64,000 nucleotides of DNA from Callorhinchus milii (Eukaryota). Below, piece after piece: positions 11,400 to 21,482 of this stretch. The translations under genes were made by a program, and so were the position numbers. The stretch lies in NCBI RefSeq assembly GCF_018977255.1, contig NW_024705104.1:1-64000 (forward strand), given 5' to 3'. Position 1 is the stretch's first letter, and each line of letters begins with the position of its first letter. The notes below the pieces were generated by a model. That model worked only from the letters and a program-made list of their open reading frames with translations. It was not told the DNA's origin and ran no database searches.

Positions 11400-11830
11400 C
11401 TGTACGCGAGGCTAAATTGCGATCTGTAGTCTGGGCTGTGCTGGGTGTCTCATGCTGGATGGAGCCTTTGAGCTGGGCTATGTTGGTGGCTGCGAGCTGG
11501 GCTATGCTCTGGGCTGTGTGATGTGAAATTATTTGTGTTGTGTGCTGGGATATGTTGCAGGCTGTGAGCTTGGCTGTGCTTGTTGTTGTTTCCTGAGCTA
11601 TGCTACAGGCAGTGAGCTGGGCTATGCTGGGGCTGTGTGATGTGAAATGAGTCTTGCTTTATGCTGGGTTTTGCTGCAGGCTGTGAGCTGGCTATGCTGA
11701 TGGCTGTGTCTTGGGCTATGCTGGAGGCTGTATGATGTGATATGATTGGTGTTGTGTGGTGGACTATGCTGAGGGCTGTGTACTGGACTATGCTGCAGGC
11801 TGAGTGATGTGATATGATTACTGGTGTGTG
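11400..11830. repeat. Degenerate minisatellite (GCTGGGCTATGCTG...GGCTGTGTGATGTGAAAT-like units)
   Basis: Repeated GAGCTGGGCTATG and GCTGTGTGATGTGA motifs. Confidence 0.7.
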
Positions 11831-12859
11831 CTGACATATGATGGGCGGCTCAGTGTTTCCCTGGGTTTGGGCCAGAGACGACCAGATATAATACCGTTTA
11901 AATTGACACAATAAAGCAGTGATTGGTTTCTGCTGCATTGTTGGAGCTGGTGTTCACTTGGTTCAGATGAAAAATAGCGATTCAGTCTCCTTTTTCTTTT
12001 GAGCATTAATGCTGACGTGAAATTGCTGGAAAAGGGAAGGGCGTTTCTACCAACAAAAATATCGAGATAAAATTGTTAATTTGCTTAATGACTGATTGAG
12101 GGACATTGATGCGTCTGCTGCAGTCGCCTCCAAAATCCATTGTCATTCCACGCATTAAATGCTTGACATGAAAAACAAGGTTTATTATTATTATGATTAA
12201 GCACCATGGGATATGCTTTATAGTGAAATTCGAGATTATCTTGTTGCATTATACTATTACAAGATAACATATCTTTGAGATTAGTTGGCTGCCTCAATGC
12301 AACTAAACGTTAGCCAAGACATAGAGGAGAATAACAGGTTCTTGAAGGCCACATGAGTCGGTGGGACATCCACCTCCACCCAGCTGTGATTTGGACTCTG
12401 AACCCAGGTATATTGCAAGATGTAGAATGATTCTGCTACAGGCGGCAAAATGTAAGGCGTGAAATTGTAGTGACTTTACATAATATTCTTGAATGTCAGC
12501 AGATTCGGGAATTACACCACAGAATACTGAGACACATATTTTTCTCCATTGTTCAGTAAAGCATAACGCAAGCGACAGAAGGCCTGTGATTTCCAAAGAG
12601 CCAATGTGGGGCAGATAGAGCAGTTGCGATATCAATCAAATGGTTGTCAGTCACCAACGGGAGAGGCGAGGTCGCTAAGGCTGAAGCAAATCGCAGAAAT
12701 AAGTGAGGCGAATCCTTGAGAGAAGCCGATATGAAAGAGACTTTACTTTATTTCAACGAAAACCTGTGAAGAAGTTTGAGACATGCAAGAAGTTGTGTCA
12801 AGTAGAAACATTTTTACGTATTAATGTGACTTTATATTCTTACTCTTATTATTTCATCC

Positions 12860-13150
12860 GACAGTTTGAGATAATCAGACAGTTTGAGATAACCAGACAG
12901 ATTAAGATGACCAGACAGTGTGAGATGTCCAGACAGTGTGAGATGACCAGGCAGTCTGAGATGTCCAGGCAGTTTCAGCTAACCAAACAGTATGAGATGA
13001 CCAGACAGTGTGAGAATAACAGACAGTGTGAGATGACCAGATAGTGTGAGATGACCAGACAGTGTGGGATGACCAGACATTGTGAGATGACCAGGCAGTG
13101 TGAGATGACCAGAGAGTGTGAGATGACCAGACAGTGTGAGATGACCAGGC
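12860..13150. repeat. 18-bp minisatellite (ATGACCAGACAGTGTGAG)n
   Basis: About 16 tandem units, producing the MTRQCE pseudo-ORFs. Confidence 0.92.
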
Positions 13151-14959
13151 GCTGTTGCTGCTGTTCCTGCTGTGACAGGTGTGATGAGGAACACTGTGTG
13201 AAAGCTCAGGCTGTGGCTGTGCGGTGTGAGGGCAGGAAACTGATCACTGACTGACTGTACACCATCACAGCTGCTTCCTGACAATTGTGCTCTGAGTTTC
13301 CGTCCCACCTGAAGGCCGCCTGACTCCTCCTGTGTGAAGCGTCTTTCCTGAGTGCGCTCAGCAAAAAGACTTTACACATAAAAAGCAAAGACTTGTGCAG
13401 CATTTTGCTGATAAACTGTGCTTGAAAGTTAACTGTTCTAAAATATTTGCAAACAAACATTTCCTTTAAACTCGCAGCCTTGAATTGCAAGTGACAAAAT
13501 GGAGCCCAAACCAATATAACAATATAACGAGACTGAGAACATGCCTGCATTTGTAATAGTTGCTAATTTTATTTATATTATATGTAAGAATACGGCAGAA
13601 AATTCAGATATTTTGACACCGGCTTATCCTCCCGTGAATGAAAATCCGCATCACAAGCTTAGTGAAAGAGGATACACTATTATACTCAGGATAATGAGCC
13701 AGTATATCCCTGTTACATTACACCCTGTGATATAAGTGTAGTACATGTATATACTATATATTATTAACACAGTTCATTTTTCAGATACACTGACACTTTG
13801 ATTTTCACAATGAGACTGTCGGTAAATACACATTCTTTGGAATGAACAGCCTTGGGAGGCCACATACATAGTCAATTTTGGACGATGGGAAAAGGGAATA
13901 AATGATAATCTGTAAGTCAGGACATGAAGTTACATGGAGGCAAAGCGGAGAAATGCAGTCAGAGAGAATTACCACAAAAGCCAGTGCAGGTCCAGCGGCC
14001 TTGGCGATTCCTCAGATACAATTGGAAACATTATCAACTACTGAGCGGAAAACACAATCAATAAAAAGAAACGCATCAATGCAAAATAAAAGAAATAATT
14101 AAATGACCTTTTTCGAAAGCACTAAATTGTTATCCTTTTCAAATGATTATTATATTTTGGCCGATTCCAAATTATGTCAAATGTTACTCTTTCTTCTCCG
14201 ACACACCACCGAGGTACTGAGACCACCAGGATTGTACTCACAGTCAGCAAATACAAATGTCATTAATATAAGTGTCTTGGATAACTATGATAAATTAAAA
14301 TGAAAAAAAACAGCGCAATTGCCTGCATTTTTTCGCCCACAATGTTTATTGTCACTAGTACAGTATATTCTGTGTTGTCTTTTGAGACGCTTCAAAGATG
14401 CGATACGTTGTTATATCAGATCCATCGTTTATTATATAACTTTAAATTATATTATGCTTCACGTTCCTCAATGCTGGGAGATTTTGTAAGTCAGTCGCTC
14501 ATGGAATCTTTTTCTGCCACATTGTTTGTGAGCCGTTACAGTGATATATATATATATCTATCGAAAGAGAATGTCTGTTGTGCTTTGATAAGTTTGCTGA
14601 AGACAGAAGCACTTATCTATCTAGTTAGCGGAACAGATTCAGTGCATTACTATTTTACTTTGAAGGGATTATTATCCGAGGAAGGGCAGTCCGCCAATCA
14701 ATTAACAAACGAGTACCTGCTGCTGGGTAAACAGGGTCAAGAGCGTGGAATAAAGAAACTTGCCAATCATTTTTCTCTGCTCGGGAATCCAATATGGGAC
14801 CACTCGCTTGTGAGGCAAGTGATGCAGCCACTGAGCTTAAGGAATCCAGAGACTTTGCGCTTTGATCAGAAAAATCTAAAGCTGGGACTTCTGTGCTGAT
14901 CAGAGATTGCCTGTGTGACGGTCATGGCCAGAGAGAATTACAAACCAAAATAGTGCTAT

Positions 14960-15200
14960 TTCCTCGAAGCAAGAGTACGTCCCGTTACTCTCAGACAAGG
15001 TGGTGGGTTCATGTTGGGATCTGAGATCACAGCAATGACTGGTTCTCTGTGTCATCAAACCGAGTCCTCTCTCCAGATCAGGTGGACTTTAAATAATCTG
15101 TGACACCACTTGTAAAAGAAACAATTTTTTTCCAATTTACTGGGCAATAATCCATGAGTTGATTGGAAAATCCGCTTTCGACAGACAGGTAGCAAAAGAA
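14960..15200 (+). mobile_element. Ancient Deu-type (SacSINE1-like) SINE remnant
   Basis: Degenerate head (CTCTCAGAC..GGTGGTGGGTTCA) and central AAACCGAGTCCTC..CAGGTGGAC block resembling, from memory, the Deu domain. Confidence 0.45.
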
Positions 15201-16911
15201 AGAGTGTCTGATCAGTATCCCTATTACAATCGGCTCACAGTTAATGTCAGCTGCCAGGATTCAGAAGTTGATAATCCTTGCAATTGAAGTAATAGCCTCT
15301 CACGACTTCGAAGCATCTCAAAGTGCTTCCCGGATAATACTATGACTTTAATTGACTGCATTTGGTTGTAGAAACGCGGCAACAAATTGCACTTTGCAAA
15401 GTTGAACAAAGAATTGTGAGTTCACTGACCAAATTATTAGTATTTGTAAAGAGATTAACAACCCAAGAATAGTGATCTGCTAACGGAATTACAACCGGTT
15501 TCCTTCTTACATTGGTAAACAGTTTGGTGGAGTAAGGATATGTGAGTTGGAGAAATACACAACTGATATCATTTCTAATTGAAACTTCACATCACATTTT
15601 TTCTTGTCAGTTATCTACATCAATTTCTTCTTCCCTCGTCTCGAAGGAGTGTGACTGTCCCTGCATTTCACTTGGCTCAGATTCCATCAGCAGCTCTCGC
15701 CAATCAGCTTCTCACTCAAGTGATGGTTTCATGACTGGCTTGAACGCATCAATATACATATCAAATCATTCATACTCATTACATTACTTCATCACCAATC
15801 ATTGTTTTGATTTCAGTAACTATGGGAACAAATATAAAAAGGAATAATTCTAGAAGTGTGCTTCGAGCTGAATGTGTATAAGATTTCCATGAGACCAAAG
15901 AAAAATGTCGTTAGCAGGAACCAAAAGAGGCCTCGTCTAAAGCAATTTTGCAAAGGAGGCTTCTTCTAACGTAGTTCGCTCACAAATGCACGGCCAATAC
16001 ACTTTACAACATATTCCCTGAAGCGCTTACCGACGTCTAGAAGAGGTGAAAAGCGCTAATCAAAAGCAAGGATTATCATTATTATTACTGTAGGAGAAAA
16101 GAGAGAAATGGTATGAGTAAGAAAAAATACATTGGGATTATTTTAAGATCATAGCCGGTCTTTAGCTCAAGTCAAAGTAACCGCCTTTGCCACTGATCCC
16201 TTAGTACAATCAATATCAAACATTTTCCATCACAATCTTAAAAATATGACGGGATCCAACGTCCACAGACATTTGAAAGTGTGATTTCCAGATCACCACG
16301 ACTTGTTTTTGCTTTGCTTTACACTCCTAAATGACCTTGCTGATATTTCAGATTATGACACTTGTTCTGGATCCCTCCAACAGATGATACAATATAAATT
16401 TTCGGCCATAAAAGGCACAATCACTTCACCGTGCAATATATTTTATAAAACAATTTGCTACCTTTTAATTACCGAAGAAGGCACTATATGAATTGCAAGG
16501 ATTATAATAATACTTCATGAATAATGATCATTTTTGTTATAATAAGAACATATTACACATAATGCACCTGTAATATTCCAAATAACATACTAAGTTCCCT
16601 GATATTATTTCCTAAAAGGAATACCTAATTTGCTTTTAAAATAATGAATAATTTCTTCTTAAACCATCATCTAAGAGAGCCTGTTCCAAAGACTTATTAC
16701 TAACTCTCTGAAATAGTGTTTCCGCAGATATGGTTTGAATTGACCCCTAAACACACACTCTGACAAAAACATGGAATGAAGCACTTGACGATGATTCAGA
16801 GTCCGCGCTATGTTGAATACGATCGAGACTTATATTAACATTGATTTACTGTAAATGCAGAATATACAGTTAATATCATTGATTATTGATCTGTGCAGGT
16901 CAGAAGGAATG

Positions 16912-16986
16912 TGACACGTCACTCCCCTCAGCCCTGTAGCTATTGGTCGATTCTTAAAACCCTGCCCCAGTGGCCCGTGTTAAATA
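16912..16986 (+). promoter_or_regulatory. Putative V-segment promoter: CRE-like TGACACGTCA plus TATA-like TTAAATA
   Basis: TGACACGTCA at 16912-16921 and TTAAATA at 16980-16986, upstream of the leader ATG (17078). No ATGCAAAT octamer seen nearby. Confidence 0.5.
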
Positions 16987-17077
16987 GTGGTCACTGGGGA
17001 CTGAGGCCATCTGTCCGGCTGCTCTCTGGCCCTCGGTTATTCGGCACAAGTTTCAGTTCTGACAAGTTCCGAGAAAC

Positions 17078-17123
17078 ATGAGGTCCCTGATTTCTCTCAG
17101 TCTGCTGCTGGCGGTCTTCTCCT
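17078..17123 (+). CDS. Antigen-receptor V leader exon (MRSLISLSLLLAVFS+T)
   Basis: Hydrophobic 15-codon leader with phase-1 donor T|GTAAGT and a 116-nt intron to TTCCTTACAG|. Confidence 0.93.
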
Positions 17124-17239
17124 GTAAGTGCTATTATTCTGATATTGTCTCTGTTCCTCTGTCGGTGTTATTCTCTTTGCAGTGTCAGAGAGGCAGGAGA
17201 TTTCACCATCATTCACCTTCGGTCCTTTATTCCTTACAG

Positions 17240-17548
17240 GTGTCCAGGCCGCTGTGGTGATGACACAGCCGCCGACTCTCACCGGGAAAACCGGCCAGTC
17301 CCTGAGACTGACCTGCAGAAGCAGCGGATTTAATTACAACAGGTACTACTGTATGTTCTGGTACCGGCAGCTTCCCGGGAAGCAGCGGGAGAAGCTCCTC
17401 ACTTCTGACACCTACTCCAGCAACAGTTTCGAGTCCGGTGTTGGAAACCGCGTCACTGTCGTCAGAGAGAATTCCAATCGCATCTTCGATCTGATCATCA
17501 AAAGCCCGAGAGTGGAGGACACCGCGACCTACTACTGTGCAGCGGACT
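17240..17548 (+). CDS. IgH-like V gene segment (open frame, both canonical Cys, WYRQ, DTATYYC)
   Basis: (C)VQA-AVVMTQPPTLTGKTGQSLRLTCRSSGFNYNRYYCMFWYRQLPGKQREKLLTSDTYSSNSFESGVGNRVTVVRENSNRIFDLIIKSPRVEDTATYYCAAD, ending directly at an RSS heptamer. Confidence 0.95.
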
Positions 17549-17587
17549 CACAGTGCGAGGGAACTGGGCTGAACTCCTACAAATACT
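17549..17587 (+). promoter_or_regulatory. V recombination signal sequence, 23-bp spacer
   Basis: CACAGTG + 23 nt + ACAAATACT. Confidence 0.93.
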
Positions 17588-18000
17588 CAAGGGGAGGAAA
17601 GCAGCCCCTCCCAATCTAAACTGACTGACGGACATCCATGCGGTCAATGCTGTATCTGTAGCCAAGTTTAAACGAAAAGCTGAAGATGTATTTATTCTCA
17701 GACTGACCCCACACAGTGAATCGTGGTTGGATTGGGGTGAACGAACTACGTATTTGTGCTACAATATTCTGTGATTTCAGATGGTCAGTGACACTGTGCT
17801 GTTGAGGCGGGAAGGATTGCGATTGGAGACTGACTATGTTACGGTTCACAAACATCATTTTGTTACAAGGTGTTGGAAATAATTGCTTTCTGTTTCTGTG
17901 GATATCAAAACACTACTCTGTATCCTCTGTGTCATGTCAGAGGAGAATAGTCCCTTCAAGTGAATTTTGGCTGTCAGTGTGGAGCAGACATTGAGGGATC

Positions 18001-18078
18001 AGTATTTGTATGGGACTGTATCACTGTGTATACAGTGGGTCACAATGCTGCACACAGTTACCTCCTCATACAAAAACC
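18001..18078 (+). other. D1 segment TATACAGTGGGT (18029-18040) with 12-RSS and 22-RSS
   Basis: AGTATTTGT-12-CACTGTG-[D]-CACAATG-22-ACAAAAACC. Confidence 0.92.
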
Positions 18079-18391
18079 CCAGAGAGAAAAAATGATAATC
18101 CCTGTCATCACTACAACATCCACAGCTCCCATATTAGTGTTACTGAACGTGGGTCATTCTCGGAAATAACCTGGTGTTTAACAAATTAATTAAGGTTAAT
18201 TTATATTACAGGACGATATTAAACAAGAATGAGTTCTGCTGAGCTGCTTTAACAAGAATCCAAATTCTCTGATGAACATACGAATTTATTTTGACTTAAA
18301 CATCACACGGGGCCTCACGAGAGAATATGAACTGAGATCCAGTTCTTATCTCAAATTCCAAGTCAATGTTTGTTAGTCCGTCTTGTGCAGG

Positions 18392-18460
18392 AGTTTTTGT
18401 CATGTTGTGTATCACTGTGTATTTACTCGGACCACAGCATTAACTGCCAATACAAAAACC
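18392..18460 (+). other. D2 segment TATTTACTCGGAC (18420-18432) with 12-RSS on both sides
   Basis: AGTTTTTGT-12-CACTGTG-[D]-CACAGCA-12-ACAAAAACC. Confidence 0.92.
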
Positions 18461-18797
18461 CTTCAACAACAAACCAGCTAATCTCTGTCACTACTCGCTT
18501 GTGTGGCACCCACTGAAATTGCGGGGATTTGGTATTTCTAACATGTTGCTGAACCCCGAGGATTTCACGAGATTTTAAACGACATAGATCATCGGACTTA
18601 ATCTTCCACCTATTGGTGAGAAGAAACGTGGTTTGGCAGAAACACAGCAAACTGACAAAGACACAAACATTTAAAAGGTAAACACAGCGCCGGGCAATTG
18701 TTTTCAGAGCATGACAGACACGTATCTTGACCTATGTGTGGGTTGGAGAAAACAACATTTACAGTAATATTGTGTTTGTGTGCTCTGCCCACACAGC

Positions 18798-18836
18798 AGT
18801 TGTTGCAGTGAACAGCCCACTGACTGTAGCACAGTG
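18798..18836 (+). promoter_or_regulatory. J recombination signal sequence, 23-bp spacer
   Basis: AGTTGTTGC-23-CACAGTG; the nonamer has 3 mismatches to GGTTTTTGT. Confidence 0.75.
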
Positions 18837-18890
18837 GCTGCGGCAGCCCTAACTACTGGGGACAAGGCACAGCGGTGACGGTGACTGACG
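18837..18890 (+). CDS. IgH-type J segment (CGSPNYWGQGTAVTVTD+G)
   Basis: WGQG motif, TVT beta strand, phase-1 donor G|GTAAGA. Confidence 0.92.
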
Positions 18891-19306
18891 GTAAGAACAG
18901 ACACTAACTCATTCACTTCAGTGAACGGGTCTCTGTATTTATTGATTTTGTTCACTTTAACAGCTTGTAAATGTAATGAACTCCGTGTTGCCGGCTATCT
19001 CACACTTCAATCCACCTTGAAAGTATTTATCTGTTATAGCTCTCAACAGCAACTGTTCCATTATGGATTACTCTCTCAATATTTAGGTAATTTAGGTAAT
19101 TGTTGGTGATATTTCTAGTGGATTGTGGTGAAGATCCAGCTGAGGTTAAACAGGTGCACTTTCTTATTGCGGTGACGGGCGGCTGCTGGCTTTCGGTGTT
19201 TAATTGTGCAAAAGTGTTTGAAACTGTGCCCATGTTTTGGAAATCAGGGCCTGGATGTTGTGGGATGAGTGAAGGGATTGTTATCTGATCGCTTCCAAAA
19301 CGAGTT

Positions 19307-19622
19307 GAGTCCTATAGCGCAGTGGTTAGAGTATTCGCCCTGCAAGCGAGAGACATGGATTCAATTCAAGGAAGAACGAAACCTTGGGAAAGTTTCCTTA
19401 CAATTCCTTACAATAATCCCTCCAAAAAACAAAACAGTAATATAATAAATTAGTCAATTTCAATTACGACTGTTGGAGGGACACTGCTGCGCGCAAATTG
19501 CTGCCGCGTTTCACCCATAAATGTACGGTCAATTCACTTTACAGTCTATTCTGTGAAGTGCTTTGAGACGTCGAAGAGATGTGAAAAACACGATATCAAA
19601 TGTAAGGAATATTATTATTTAT
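19307..19622 (+). mobile_element. Ala-headed Deu-type SINE in the J intron
   Basis: Head GAGTCCTATAGCGCAGTGGTTAGAG..TGCAAGCGAGAGAC, core GCTGCGCGCAAATTGCTGCCGCGTTT, L2-type tail. Confidence 0.85.
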
Positions 19623-20028
19623 TTAAATCCATTGTTTAACATAGGGAAATTGGTTTCGATTTAGAATGACTCGTATGCTTAGAGGATGACTCTAACAGTA
19701 AAGCTGTTTATATTGCAGTGATGTGATTGAGAATACAGCAGCTCAATCGACCCCAATATTATAGAAGTAATAGTGAAGATCATTATTTTATTATCAGCAC
19801 TAATGTATTGATCACAATCTCATTCCTTCAGCTGCAGCACATACACCAGTCACGATTTTATTCAGCGACACATTTAGCTCTGACTTCAATTCATTTGACT
19901 TTAGCACCGATTGAGTGAACAGGACCTGGATTTCTCACAGTGCTCAGAGACACAAGGTTTCGTTGTTGATCTGTAACCATCAACTTCCTGTTTTACAATA
20001 ACTGTTGCGCAGAAAATTACAGATATGT

Positions 20029-20126
20029 TCAATAAACACATGGTAAAGTTTGCACAGCAGGCTGCAATGTAACAGATCCAGCTGCAGTGTAAGAGCCTGC
20101 TTCAAACTTTACCATGTGTTCATTGA
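20029..20126. repeat. Long inverted repeat (hairpin)
   Basis: The 24-bp arm TCAATAAACACATGGTAAAGTTTG pairs with 20103-20126 (1 mismatch), plus 8 bp AGCAGGCT/AGCCTGCT and a 30-nt loop. Confidence 0.85.
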
Positions 20127-20629
20127 GATGTGTAACACACAGCGACACTGATCAGTGATACCAAATTGATGAATTCAGAGATCATCTCAAATTCCAGATT
20201 CGGCAGATATGAGGGTGAAAGAGGCAGATTCTCATTTGACTGTAAACACACGATTTGGATAATGTGTATGTGTTTCTGCTGCAGGGAATAGTGACTGTGA
20301 GTTAAATTGCTTCGTATATAATGCTTCGTGTGTGATGCGGAAGGACAGTGTATGAGCTGCTGCGCAGTTACTGAGACCTTCAGAAAGAAAGAGAATATAA
20401 AGCAACTTGTGGGTTAATGAAAGAAAACAGTTTGTGTTTGAGATGTGACACTTAATGCTATGGTTATGTGTGAGACATGAATAAACGGCATTGAGCAGTG
20501 AAATAGCAAATGGATGAACGGAGAAGTCTGGCTGTTTATAGACAGGCTGGGAGCTGGGTTCATGTTAACCCTCTGACCCAGGGTAGGAAAGAGCAAGGTG
20601 ATGGTTTGTTTTAACCAATATCTTTCCAG

Positions 20630-20880
20630 AGGCTGAGAAACTCGCTGACCCCCAAGCTGTGAGGCGGAGACTATGTTGTGCTGAAGTGTAAATTCCCGCA
20701 GAATTGTGAATAATTATCAAATTCACTTTGATTTCTGAAACAGGTTGTTTCGAGTTCTTAAGAAGAACCGGTCTCTAAATTTTAAGTAAATTTAAGATTA
20801 TTACACACTTCCGCTAAATCTTAATTTAGAGATATAATGATCTCTCATTGTTCATTAATAGTTGTGCATTGAGATCTCAG
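20630..20880 (+). pseudogene. Degenerate leaderless V-set exon remnant (possible supporting V)
   Basis: Acceptor TCTTTCCAG at 20621-20629. With frameshifts and stops it reads ...GGDYVVLKCKFPQNC...FLKQ...EEPV...NDLSLFINS-CALR. Cys-to-Cys spacing of ~59 codons fits a V domain with the EDSAVYY stretch deleted. Confidence 0.5.
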
Positions 20881-21109
20881 AAGTGAACAAAATTTATTGA
20901 TAACTAAAGAGACGTTGGTTGTGGTTGCAGGAAAGTGGAAACATGCACAGATACAAGCAGCAGTTGTTGTTGAAACCACCTGCCTCTGTACGTCTGTCGG
21001 TGTGACATTACTACAGCTTAACAACAGGATATTTAACTGCTACCATAAATTTTACACAATTCACGGCAATGCAGACTGTGAGGCAAAGCAGAATGTTATC
21101 CATTCTGAG

Positions 21110-21482
21110 AGTCCTGCAGCTCAGCAGTTAGAGCAAACACCTGAAAATCGAGAGGATCCTGGTTTGATTCCCGGACTCCGCAGAACCGAAAGCAATTTTC
21201 CTCAGTCCACCCAAACACCTCGGTCTGTCCAGCAGTGAGTCGGGACATGCCTGTTAGTCGATCAGCGGATTGCTTGTCCGGGGGTTATAATCCCTTCGAA
21301 ATAATAATAACAGAAATCTGTTCACGTAGTCCGCGACGTTTTATGGAACGCTGCTGTGTGCAATTGGCATTTCGGTCACAGGAATAGAGTTAGTTACTTT
21401 GCAGCGTAATTATGCGCAGCGCTTTGCGAATTCTCGACGATGTAATCGAGCGATAAATGAAAGGCAAATACTATGATTATTT
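21110..21482 (+). mobile_element. Older Deu-type SINE with a different tRNA head and longer body
   Basis: Head AGCTCAGCAGTTAGAGC...GGTTTGATTCCCGG, body CCTCAGTCCACCC, core GCTGCTGTGTGCAATTGGC, decayed L2 tail. Confidence 0.6.

Noticed and set aside
11851-12010. CAGTGTTTCCC hAT-like terminal repeat and a KRKRRLNRYFS ORF
   Set aside because: No partner TIR, TSD or transposase motif identified.
12703-13308. MTRQCE-repeat and HLTLSG-repeat ORFs
   Set aside because: Products of the 18-bp minisatellite.
13902-14899. Three abutting plus-strand ORFs (66, 66, 199 aa) with an ATGA overlap
   Set aside because: No recognisable motif or domain and composition looks non-coding; left unassigned pending blastx.
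17700-17800. Extra heptamers CACAGTG (17712) and CACTGTG (17792) as a third D segment
   Set aside because: No acceptable nonamer at 12 or 22/23 spacing on either side.
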